DNA of 64,000 bases. Origin: Gonapodya sp. JEL0774. Taxonomy: Eukaryota. Below the pieces are notes generated by a model. It was not told the origin of the DNA and did not search any database. It saw only the letters and a list, made by a program, of their open reading frames with translations. This document shows, piece after piece, positions 52,633-64,000 of the stretch. The stretch is taken from positions 62,001-126,000 of the forward strand of contig JADIIX010000054.1 in NCBI GenBank assembly GCA_027604505.1. Reading direction: 5' to 3'. The position numbers were made by a program, and so were the translations under genes. How positions within the stretch are numbered: position 1 is the first letter of the stretch; each line of letters opens with the position of its first letter.

Positions 52633-54784
52633 TTAGAAATAATTGTGCAAGGAAGTCCCAACACATAAGTCCTTGGCACCTCCCACAGCCAACACTGGGC
52701 TTACCATGGTGTACCTCCTCCCACCCTCCCCTTCAAAATAATCTCCTCCCTCTGATTGTCCATGGTCGCCTTCCCCGCTCGATTCTGCAGTCCGTGCCAC
52801 TTTCCAGCGACCACCCACACACTCTTGCGACCGCCTCTCCATCCCAATGCCGTCCACATCACAATGTTCAAAAACCCGCAGCCACCATCGCCCATCAGGA
52901 TCCACAGCTTGGAGCACGCCATCCTCATTATCGCACCACGCGTCCCGCAGCACCTCTGCCCACCTCTCCACCGACTTCACATCATGGCAGCATTCTACAT
53001 ACCCACCCACAAGCTGCGCCATCTCGTCGGCGAGAGTTTCCATACCCGGGTGAAGCGACGATGCGACTCGGCCCAGCCGGCGCAGGGAAGTGGTGTCCGA
53101 GTCGTGGAGCAGGACGAGTGGGATGCCAAGGAGGGGGGGAAACATGGGAGATAAAGGTGTTGTCGGTGTGCCGGAGAGGAGTGACGTGACGCAGAGGTGG
53201 AGAGCGGACAAGAGACGGGGAGATGAGGAAGATGGGGCTGGTGCTGAAGGCAGAGTTGATATTGGGTTGTGGTAGAAGTCCGCGGACGGTCGGGAAAAGA
53301 GCAAAGTCAGAGTAGAGCGCAGGCGGGATACGAACTGGTCAGCCTTGAGATTCCAAAGAAAAGGTGAGCGAATGAGTGAATTGCCGAAGTCGCAAAACAC
53401 GACTCCAAGGCGATACGAATAGATAAACCCAACTCACAAACTCCAAAAATTGTTTCGTCCTCTTCACACCCCCCAACGATCCCCCTTCCACCTCCAGTGC
53501 CAGTTCCCATTCCCGTCGTTGTGTGGCACACCAATCAACGAGACTCCCAATCGCAGCGGGCTCGTCCCTCTCGGTTCTCTTTCGTGGCTGTGAGTGCGTG
53601 GACGATGGCGTGTGCGGGCCGGTCGAAGCCGGCAGGGTGTGTGAGGGGAAGACGAGCAGGGAGTTGAAAGTGGAGTTGGAACAGTCATCGAGGAGGGCTT
53701 TGGTATAGGGTTACGGGACGAAAGAATGGACAAAGAGTACAAACCTCGAATGAGGGAACGACGAACGGTGAGAAAACGTGCTGCCCACTCACACAATGTA
53801 TCCGCCATGGCCAGCACTCCGTCGAAATCACCAAGCAAGTCCGAATGATGTTCGTCGTTATGACACATGTTTGCGAGGGATAGGCTGCGATGGTACTCTG
53901 CCAACGCCTGTGCTAAGAGTGGGCCCAGATGTGGGGAGAGTGGCAAGGCGAGGTGCTCTCTCCATGTGAGGAGTGCGAGCGTGACGATGCGGTGCACGTC
54001 GCTGCGATCGCTTCGTGCCACACGAACCCACGACCGGTCAAAGTAGACAAACGAACGTTGTAAGATTTCCATCTGCTTGCGGAAGAGGCGCCAGTAAAAA
54101 GCGTAAAGGGGGAGCAATCGGGTGGGCGGCTTGGACGAACATGGTTGACCGGAAATGATGCTGGGTAAAGAAGGGACACCATGGAGAGGAAACGACATAA
54201 GAAGTGGCTCCTGTTTCGATTTGGAAGAACGACAATGGGTTGTTATCATTGGGGAGTACTGATTGGAATGGCGAGAGAGTGTTGTGCCAACTGAGGCGAG
54301 CAGGAGCCCCCGAATGCGAATTACATGGTCCTGTATAATGTCACGGAGTGCCAAGTAGAATTCGAGCATTCCGTCTGACGCGAGAAGTGCTGGAAAAAGT
54401 GGATATAGCTTGAGCAAGGCTAAGCAGAATCATCGCCCATTAAAAAAGGAAAACTTGCATCTTTTCGCACGTGCAGTGCCACATACTGCGTAGACTTCAC
54501 TGGGTAAAATGTGATTGCGCGTGATTCTGGTGAGCATCCAAAACCATCTAGTCGCGCATTGCGTGTGCTCACTTGTATATCGAGTCAATAAACCGCTGCT
54601 GCAATTCTGCACAAGCAAGGTAGTTTATTTTATCGAATTCATCATCGTTCCCGCCTGTATCGTGGCTGGAAACATCGACATCGATAAGATCGCCGAAGAC
54701 CTCCTCTTTCGTCAACGCTTCTGGCGGCAACGAGACAGACAGGAAGCTCGCCACGCGGGAGAGTATTCTGTCTGATGTCGGCAT
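52633..54784 (-). CDS. Protein with N-terminal cullin-repeat-like region; no cullin-homology/neddylation domain seen
   Basis: YWRLFRKQMEILQRSFVYFDRSWV...TLALLTWREHL resembles cullin repeat 1. Confidence 0.55.
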
Positions 54785-54952
54785 CGTGAATGGCGAAAGA
54801 GCAAATGCGCGGATTTGTTCGGAAGAGTCAAAAATACTGCAAAAACTCTATTATACTCCCGAAGGTGCATGACCAACCACCGGGCCTGAACCCCGTCACG
54901 TCCGTCACAGAGAACTCGGCACAGAATCTTCCGAACCGTGATTCGATTCGCA

Positions 54953-56396
54953 ATGAAAGAAAGCGTGATTCCGCAGATCCATTTTGCTTACTCACCACAT
55001 CATCTTGTCGAGAATATCGAACCACATATCACGGTGGATTGCATATCAAACTCCACGACGCTCTTCTCTTTGTCACATTCAAACCCAAACTCTACACCAC
55101 CAGAGCTTGCTGCTGACACGTCAACGGAAATCGTGTTTAAATTTCTGAGAAATTCCGTTGTGGTCGAGAGATTGAAACACACGTTCAATATGGGTGATCG
55201 TGTAACGATCACAAACAACCACTTCGATCAGGGTGGGTAGCCCTTCAATGCATTTAGCCTTCCGACTTTCGAGTGTTTCTTGAGTAGCGCATCTTTCAAC
55301 CCATCTTAGATGGCTTATGCGCAGTCACCGCACTTCTCGAACCCCAGTGGGCATTGGAGAATCGCCAGGTCCTCGAGGCCGTGGCAACTGCTGGTGACTT
55401 CTTAAAAGCCATCGGTACTGACAGGTAAGCAAGCCTCGGCTCTGGTTCTGGCTCTCTTTGCTCCCATAGCCGTGTGAACGAGTCACAATCATTTCGATTC
55501 TAGACGAGCCTTAAAAATCTCAATCACCATCGCCACTTGCGCTCGCATCTACCCGTCGCTTGCCACCGCTCCATCTGCTCTACCTCATGACGTGTTTCTA
55601 GGTCCACGGCCCGATGTTGTGGGCAAGCTCTACACATCCTTGTCCCGTCTGCTTCCCGATATGCTCTCCTCGATCGATTCAGACCGGTGGCGGACGTATT
55701 GGCAGTCCGAAATTGTGACCATTGACGTATGTTGTACCGTTTGATCGCTGCCTGTTGCAAAATGTTACTTTTTCCCAACATTGTTTGATCTGTTGCACTG
55801 ACGCAGTCGGTGTCACTGTCGCTTGCTTCCTGCCAAATCTCCCGCCTTCCCCACCTTGACCTTGCCATAATCCATCTCGATTCAGAATTAAACGCGTTCC
55901 AGCCTTGTTATCCTTACACCGTGGCTATAAACTCACACCTTGCTTACGGTGCCAGCAACACTGGTGGATCGCCCGACTGCTATCGAGTTCTGATAGGTTG
56001 GCGGGGCGAGTGGTCACTTTATTATCGGTAAAAAACCTCGTGGCAAGGATGAGATGTGCAGCTCGCCATTTGATTCAATACTCTCGCTTGCACTCACCCA
56101 GATACGAATCCCGCATCATCCACCACACCACCACACCACTCCCGCGCCTTCCCTTGTGGCCTCTTCGTGACCGTCTCGCCGCACTCGAAACCCTTGCCTC
56201 GGACTCCAGCTCCCTGTCAACCACTGCCCCGTCCACCGCAACCGTCTGGTCGTGCGACGATATCGAGCGTGTCACGCCCGTGCTCCGCGTCTCCGCGGGG
56301 AGATCGAGGCTAACGTGGGACGAGATGTGCAAGGTGGTGGTCGCATTCTTTGAGCAAGAAGGAGCCGGAACGGCAATAGAAGGACTCAAAATGTGA
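54953..56396 (+). CDS. Bacterial-like DHH-phosphoesterase-type protein (DUF6687-like), spliced
   Basis: LSH...TPPELAADTSTEIVFKFL; spliced TNNHFDQDGLCAVTALLEPQWALENRQVLEAVATAGDF; YYRYES. Confidence 0.65.
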
Positions 56397-56570
56397 GACA
56401 CCTTTACAGGAGCTTATGGCTGTTTACTTTTGAAAATGCAATATAGTTGTACATACAAATTATGCCATACAAGGCTGCGCAAAACAATGCCAAATGCGTA
56501 CTGTTCGTGTACTGGGAGAAGTGCCATCAACCAATGTCCAACTTTGCATGACCCTTCAGACGTGGCTGTC

Positions 56571-58913
56571 TCAGTATTTCGCGCCTTTAAAGGCAAACAC
56601 TCGCTCATCCACAGCTTTGTAAACTTTGTAGCGAGGGCCGGAATGCTGATGTTGAGGCAGTATATTTCCATTGGACATAGGAAGGTGTGTGCGGTCAAAT
56701 GCGTTGGCAGGCGCGACGTCGTCAGAGGAGACAGTGTGTGGTTGATCCAGAGATGGCAGATGTTGGCGGGTAGGACTCGGATTTGGAACGTTCTCACTCT
56801 GGCTCTCATGATCCTTGGGGTCCCTGTTGATAGAGCGCTCGACCTCCACGGCGTGGGGTCCTAGTTCCCACCCCATCTTTAACGCAGCCCACTTGACCAC
56901 CTCATCACACTCCCCCAACAGCTCCACATCAAACGCCCCGAATTCCTCCAGCTCACCATCCACGATCTCGCCATCGCTGTGTGCCGATACCGAGGCGGAA
57001 CCTGATCCGGCGATCTCCCCCGCAAGTAGAGATGTCCTCCGACGAGAGGCGTGCACGGATTTCAACCCGTCCACGTGCGGCAGACGCTCCCGGTTGATTA
57101 GGATCCGGGGCACACTTGGGGGTACCATGTGGACGAGCTGATTCACCGGGGGTACACGAAGAGAAGAGCCGACTACAATGACCAAATCTGCATTGTCGTG
57201 ATCATGGCTTGAGTAGGTGGTAAACACGCGGGCCGGGAGTGCCTCGTGGAAGAACACGCAATCCGGTTTCATAACACCCTTCGATGACTCGCAAAACGAC
57301 CCGTATGCAGAGTCCCCGCCACTCGTACCATGTTCCTCATCGCCCGCACCTCGTTTTCTCGATTTGCCATTCTTGTGCTTGGATCCACTTGGCGGGTCGC
57401 ACTTAGGGCACCGCGCCACAGTTCCTTCCAACATGCACTTCTCCACCCAGCTACCTCTGATCACCGTGCGGAGGCCGCATGTCATACATGAAGCTGATTC
57501 CACTGTTCCATGGCACTGAATGACCCGGTCCTCGCCAATTTCCACGAGGTGCTCTATACCGTCAATGTTTTGAGTGCTGTGGGTTACAAGTGGTATGCAT
57601 CAATGTTTCCGCATGAAAAACTGAAAGCGCACGAATGTGGCTCACTAGACGCGCATCAACTTCCCGTGCTCTTCGAGACATTTCAGAAAAAAGTGAGTGG
57701 CGGATGGTGTAATAGAGGAACTGTCGACAACAAAATGCTAGGGAAGGAGCATCAAGTCACTCAGACCGTGATTCGAATTGTTACTATGTAAAACGGCAGG
57801 CAGAAAGCAACGCACTTTGGAGAACTTGTAAAACGGTTGGGGGTTCTGCTTGAATAGTCGTATGTCGAACTACAAAATGAACGTCAGAGTATAGCATATT
57901 TCAGGCGATCAACTTGCAAAACTTGCAATTTCCTGAGGCTCAGAAAGGTCAAAATCTGCGGGGTTAATGGTAGAATAAATGCCCGTGGTAGAACGAAAAT
58001 CGGGAATGCCAAGTGATGTCGAAATCTATGAGAAGTCACGAGCAAGCGACCGTTCAGCTTAAACTTAGTTAAACGAAGCTGATGTCCCAGTGTCAACTCA
58101 CCCCAGCACCAGCGATTACCAGTACGTTCTTCGCTTTGTGAATTGTTTTTATCACATCTTCTGGTGTTCGCACGTCTGCTCTCTTTTTCCTCTTGGCAAC
58201 ACCATCCAGAGTCTGGTAAAATTGATGGAAAGGAGCGTTGTTGTGCCTGTTCTCCGCGAGTTGGGCGAGTGTGAGGTTGTGGAAGTTGTGCGTGGAGTTG
58301 TGCCCATTGAGCTGGGCATTGTACAGTTGGATCGAAGAGGGATCGACGAAATCATTTGCGTCAAGCTCAAACTCGAAATTGAACGACTACGGATCGGTGA
58401 TGATGAGAGTAAGTTGCATGAGCAAATCTGGCCATCTTCCAACACGTACAGGCCATATTTTCATTTGCCCAGCTGGTGAAATCAGCGCACATCAAGAACA
58501 AACGACTTGAGATAGCAAAAGGTAATTCAAAGGCAAAAACAATGTGTCATACCTATCGCCTCCCACAAGAAGTTCCCGTATCTGGACACGAATCCTGCCA
58601 CCCCAAACTTCATAAGATCCTCATACAATGCAGGCATGGAAGGCATTGGTCCGGGTGCGAGGGCGGGAGGAAGAGCTTTCGCTTGAGATTTGAGGTCAGA
58701 TTCGGCTCGCGCAGGAACTGGTTTCGAGACTCTAGACCGCTTTGCGGGAGAGTTTTGGTGGCTGGCAGAACGTAAGGACGTCTGAGGATGGTCAGGAGGA
58801 GAATACAGCTGCGTTTGTCGGCGAAGTCGAAGTTGCCGCGAGGAACGACGTGGATTTTGAACAGGATCTTGAGCAGCAGCTGGATGATCTTCCAACGACA
58901 CAATAATGCTCAT
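56571..58913 (-). CDS. SIR2: NAD-dependent deacetylase, Sir2/Hst1/SIRT1 class
   Basis: LVIAGAG, GIPDFRS, HLQNIDGIE, IQCHGT, CMTC..CPKC, MKPDCVFFHE, VGSSLRVPPV, RILINRE. Confidence 0.92.
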
Positions 58914-59226
58914 ATCAGTTGCATCTGATACGGCAATCGCATTACCGATCTGGCTCCCAGTAATGAGTTGGGTCCCGACGTTTTGTGCCAGAAGGGAGAC
59001 ACACCTCAGGTGGTGTGCTGGAGGAGAACTCGCCAGGCCTACCCGGCAGAACTAGTCACTCTGGAAATGGAATGATTACATTGACTCCTTACACAAAATT
59101 CATGCTCGATATCTTCGATGCTAAGTCTCCGTGGGCTCTCCCCATAAACCAATACTGTACGAACCCTTCGTCAACACAGTCTACCCCGTGTTCCCATCTC
59201 CTGAAATACTCGCCCGCGAATTCTCA

Positions 59227-60432
59227 TCAGTTCGCAACCAGTGTAGTTGGGCCTGTAACGTGAGCTCCTCCAGCTCCTCCCACATCACCTGACGCGTCTG
59301 GACCCTTCTTCTTGAAAAGTCCACCCAGCCATCCCTTGCTTGAGATTGACAAACTCCCCCCAGCGCTTGTGCCACTCTGTGCGCCGTTTACAACTCCTCC
59401 CGCGCTGGAGCCCGCAGCCGATTCAATACCCGGCGACGGAGTCCTGCTCTCTCCGGAAGCGTTTCCGTTTGACTTGGGGCTTGGTGGACGGCCCGATTTC
59501 TTGTCGTCCGAACCAGAGACTGGGTTCGGGCTGGAACGACCAAGGAGACCCTTTCCCATGTTCGTGAGAACAGTGCGGCCAGACTTGAACTGTCCGCGCT
59601 TGTACGTGTCCAAAAAATTGATCTGGACTGAGTTGAACGCTCCGCGACGGTACTTGCGGATGTACTCGACAGCCTCCAGAGCAGGCATGCCGGCCTCAAT
59701 CAAAGCAATCGCAACGAGCACCGGGGCGCGGCCAAGGCCAGCAACGCAGTGGACCGCCTACAAAACAAAGATGGGCAGACCCAATCAGCCCACGTCGGGT
59801 CCCGCGCGTTAAGAATGGAATTCCAAGCCAAACTCACAATCGTAGGGCCATTGTCATCAACGGCACACAAATTGTCAGCGCTCGGGCTGCGACCCTCCTT
59901 CTTGACAATTGGGAACGGCCCAAACCGCTCCTCGACGAGGTGGAGCCACGCAGTCACGACAGTTGCGTGTGGCACCCCGCCATCTTTGAAGAACATTTCG
60001 TGGACCTTGATGTTGCGCTCCGCGAGGTACCCGGCGTTGTACGTGGGCTCGCAAACGCGCACAACATCCGTGACCCGACGGGCAAGGAGTTCCTGGAAGG
60101 TGGGAACAGCGGAAGGCTCTCCATTAGGAAACGGGTCCAAGAAATACATGAAAGCGAAGCAACAAACTCACGGTAGCGTAGTGAGGGAGGGTGGTATCGG
60201 TGGGGCAATCAAGGATGAGGAACCTGCGACAAACAAAAACACGAATTGAGATTCACCATCGATCAATTTCAGAGCGAGGTCCGACAAAGTAGCATAACCA
60301 ATGGATGTAGGTCCCATCGGCACACGCAACACACCTCTGGTTCTTGTAGTTAACGGGAGAGAAGCTGCGGGCGAGGGGTGGGTAGGCAGCGATGCGAGGG
60401 CGGAGGGAAGCAAGAGTCGTCTCGGTGGTCAT
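59227..60432 (-). CDS. PTP4A: PRL/PTP4A protein tyrosine phosphatase
   Basis: [57 protein letters not shown] at 60432. Confidence 0.95.
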
Positions 60433-60851
60433 TGTTGCAAAGCGTGCAAGTACTTGGTATGAGGTCTGTTTGCAAAACTTTTAGATACTGAGCGCGTGTT
60501 TTGTAGTCCTGATGGTCGAATAAGCTAGTACTCAGGCGACAAGACTAGACTGATGTGTAGAGATAGTAAATCGAGTGTGCTCGGTCAAGGTGGTCTAGGT
60601 GGTGTTGGATCCTCTCCGCTCGTAAGGAGGGATGCAGGTATAACGTCTTCAGATAGTCAATCGAAACCCATCAACAGACACCGAGTCAGAAATCTCCGCG
60701 AAGTCCAAGACAGAAGAGGAGTTTGACAGCGAGAAGAGATTAAGAGCGGTTGTAGGCGAATAGAGAGGGTGGGAAGTGAAAGTCGGTCCGAGTGAAGAAG
60801 AATAATGTGGCGTCCGCAGCGTTGGGCGGAATGATGTGGCGGTATAGGTTT

Positions 60852-61004
60852 TCAGCCTCCCTCCAGGTCTCCCTGTGGGCAGTAGCAGAACAGCTTAACT
60901 TGGCAGCGGCGGCGGCTGGCGTGGTCTCCGAGGAGGGGGGAGAGGATAGCTCCGCGCGGGGGAAAAGGACGAGAACGGACTGCTGGCTGGTCACACTTGA
61001 CCAT
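60852..61004 (-). promoter_or_regulatory. 50-codon uORF in PRL leader (MVKCDQPAVRSRPFPPRGAILSPLLGDHASRRRCQVKLFCYCPQGDLEGG*)
   Basis: ATG 61004, TGA ending 60852; starts immediately after a canonical-looking leader intron 61128-61008. Confidence 0.65.
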
Positions 61005-61730
61005 AGACTGGAAGGCGGCCAGGAGTAACGATATAAGAAGGAATGAAGAGAATGAGATCGTCAGCGAGCGTTACTAAGAGCGTCTGATGTGGTCGCAAAC
61101 TGGGCAAGTGTTTGAGAGCGAGACCCACTTGAGGGTTGGAACTTGGCAGAGTCGAGGCGCAGCCTCGTGTGGATAAGATAGAGAAGAAGTTGAGTTCGCT
61201 CGCGGGTGGCAAGTGAGTTTGGGTTCCCTGTGTTCGCTGGGAACGAGTGGGTTGATTACTGGGTTGGGGGAAGGAAAAGAACATTTGGTGCAACCCATGG
61301 AACTCGCCCTCAGTCTAATAATATGCACCGTCAACCCAAATGGTTCGTTTATACCTCTCCAGAACTCGTCCAATGCAAGAACTATCTTAAACGGATCGCT
61401 TTCAAAATCAAAATTGAGAAAGCTTTTTGAACTTGTTAACTTTCCAGCATCGAAACACGCTTTTTGAATGGTTGTCTGAATAGAGTAGAATATCCTCAGA
61501 GAAGCACTGGTGCCCTAGGACCTAATAAATTGCCAGGTTTCGTATTTCTTGCTGAGTGCCTAGTGCACCAGCACAGGCACATGCTTCTCTACTTTTTTTG
61601 TCCTTTCTCGCCATCCCACTGAGAAGAAACTCGGTGGATCGCGAGATGTTTTGATATGCCATTTGCCCGTATTTCAAATTTCGCAGAGCTGTAAGTGTTC
61701 GCTTGACCCAGACGGGTTCCGTACCCAACC

Positions 61731-61772
61731 ATGTCGTCGTCTACTGTGTCCGCGCAACTCCCCATCGGGTGA
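61731..61772 (+). promoter_or_regulatory. Candidate uORF MSSSTVSAQLPIG* upstream of AdoMetDC
   Basis: CAACC-ATG context (A at -3); starts 234 nt before the main ATG. Confidence 0.45.
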
Positions 61773-61964
61773 CCCAACTTTGGCACCAATTTCTTCTCAC
61801 GTCTGGCCCGCTCGCAGGTATTTCTCTAACAAAGGAGAACTCTCTCGTATCCCCATCAACCCGACACTCGAGAGGCTTATCCGTTCCTCTCCAAAGGAGC
61901 CGTCCTGACATCCACAATACCCGACAACCCACTTCACTCAGCAAAGCTGGAACACAACACCCCA

Positions 61965-63774
61965 ATGCTCGTTGAAATCCCCCCGTTCTCCGAACTGTCT
62001 GCTGAACTCGCATCTGCTCCACAGGTATGTGTCTGTGAACTCGCCAAAATCACCTAGGTGATAAGTCGCTCAGCCCTATTTGTTGCTTCCGTGCCATTCC
62101 CTTTTCCAGCCGGTGCTAGGCTTCGAGGGGCCCGAGAAGCTCCTGGAGGTCTGGTTCAGGCCCAATGTCGACACTGCGGAGTGCCGGGAGCTCCACCACC
62201 GGCACCGCTCGTGTGGGCTTCGCACTGTCGACCGTCCGGTCTGGGAAGACATGCTCAGCATCGTCAAGTGTCAGGTGCTTAGCCGCAAAGAGAATGATTA
62301 TGTGGAGGAGTACGTTCTGAGGTGAGTTACTTGGCTTGTGTTCGCGTCCGTGCAGCTCTAGCGTGATCCATTCTTGACACCGATACCATTTTATTGAATG
62401 CATCCCGACTTCAAATCTTCAGCGAATCTTCGATGTTTGTCTATTCCCACAAAATTATCCTCAAAACTTGCGGGACCACCACGCTTCTTCTCGCCCTTCC
62501 GCGGATTCTCGAAATCGCCCACAAGATGTGCGGCTTGGAGTTAGTGGACTCAGTGTTCTACTCGCGCAAGGCTTTCATGTTCCCGGCTAAGCAAAAGTGG
62601 CCGCATGGCAATTGGGGTGACGAGGTGAGTTTGGCGGTGGTTTGCATTTTGTTTGCACCTCGTTCTTGTTCGTCACCGGACTGCTGACCTCTTCCCCTTT
62701 GTGTGTCGAATTGTTCGTTTGCCAGGTTTTGTACCTGGACACCATTTTCCGTCCCGAACATTTCCACACCTCTGGATACGTCGTTGGGAAAATCAATGGC
62801 GAGCACTGGAACCTCTACACCGCGTCTCCCCGTCGGGACTCGGACGTTGTCGGATGGGACGACGAGGAACCGTGCACGGAGGCAGACGAGGAGATGGAGG
62901 AGCTCTACAAGGACGATCTGACTCTCGAGGTGCTCATGAGTGAGCTCAACCCCGAGAAAATGAAGGCGTTTTGGAAGAAGGAGGGTGAGACGGACGAGGA
63001 AGGGGCGAGGAGGATTCACGTGAGTCTTGTTGTGTCCGTGCGCTGAACCTCCCTTCTGAAGTATTCGATGTTGAATCGTGATATTGTGAATACCTGTAGA
63101 ACGATAGTGGACTGGGGAGCATCTACCCGCACACCACAGTTGACGACCACTGTTTCGATCCTTGCGGATACTCTCTCAATGGCCTCATCGATCAGTACTA
63201 CTGGACCGTCCACGTCACCCCTGAAGACCACTGCTCGTACGCCTCATTCGAAACCAACATCCCGATCTCGGTAACCGCTTCTCCGACCGCATACCAGAGC
63301 TACGAAGAGGTTGTGCGCAAGGTGATCAGCGTTTTCGAACCGGGCAAAGTCACAGTGACGCTCTTCTCGCGCAAGCCCGACACCAAGGACCGGGAGAACT
63401 CGGACACCGAATCCCGGTCCGAGTCGGGAGTGTCTTCTTCCCTCGGTGCCGGCATTGCTCCCACTCTGTTCCAGTTCCCTGTGGTTGGGCCCGGAGCGAT
63501 CACTTCCTCCTCGTGGGGTCGCAAGTCCATTGACAACATTGTGTCTGCCGAGCACTCGCGGATGGTTCTGACTGGTTCTGCCGTGGACGGATATCTCATG
63601 AGGGATAGAGTCGTGTACGATTTGGGAGGGTGGGATCTCGTGTTCGCCCAGTTTACCAGGAAACGGCGTAGGGCGTTCAAGACTACTGCGGTTATCACGG
63701 CGGCGGACGCCTTGCCGTCGGACACTTCAGTCGGAGCTGGCAGGGCAGCGGAGTCTATTGGTATTGAGGCTTGA
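61965..63774 (+). CDS. SPE2: S-adenosylmethionine decarboxylase proenzyme
   Basis: FEGPEKLLEVWF; spliced YVLSESSMFV (E-S pyruvoyl cleavage site); ILKTCGTT, YSRK, FDPCGYSLNG, HVTPEDHCSYASFETN. Confidence 0.97.
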
Positions 63775-64000
63775 TGTTGATTTGCTTGACGTCGTAACGT
63801 GGGGAGGTATTTCAAAGATTTTGGGTGATGGACAGGATTATGTAGATTACCACTCGTCGTGTACAGGGTATTTGGGTTATGTCTGATAACATGCAAGTTG
63901 ATTTGGATTCCAAAGTTTTCTGTGACCACTTGACCAGCTTGTATGGCACTTGACACGGCAGAACTACTTCGGAACGGCTGAAACCTCTGATCAATGAAGG

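Noticed and set aside
63772..63780. AMD1-like stop-codon readthrough tail on AdoMetDC
   Set aside because: A second in-frame TGA follows after one codon.

Overview
Compact, intron-rich eukaryotic genomic DNA with GT(G/A)AGT...CTGAC...YAG introns of mostly 60-150 nt. It is most likely a zoosporic, early-diverging fungus (chytrid/monoblepharid type); this is inferred from a DNAAF5/HEATR2-like gene and a fungal-type TPPP sitting among typical fungal genes. About 23 spliced genes can be reconstructed. Recognisable ones include: DNAAF5-like; NOA1/GEP3 GTPase; importin-alpha-like; asparagine synthetase; TPPP/p25alpha; PhyH dioxygenase; USP; an APC amino-acid permease; RWDD1/Gir2; RBM18-like; a 2OG-Fe(II) oxygenase; GRWD1/Rrb1; an F-box/LRR-like protein; epoxide hydrolase; COG3; a truncated cullin-like protein; a bacterial-like DHH-type protein; Sir2; PRL phosphatase; and AdoMetDC. 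The main highlights are: (1) a 50-codon uORF ending YCPQGDLEGG in the spliced leader of the PRL gene, reminiscent of the vertebrate Mg2+-sensing PRL uORF, head-to-head with an AdoMetDC gene that has its own candidate uORF; (2) a large receptor with two bacterial-type periplasmic-binding (Venus flytrap) domains fused to a multi-TM module; (3) a 2.6-kb TIR-bounded insertion that splits a bidirectional promoter; (4) a diverged ~1.1-kb inverted repeat with a perfect 38-bp core; and (5) several microexons. Gene boundaries come from manual splicing and are approximate. No database searches were run.
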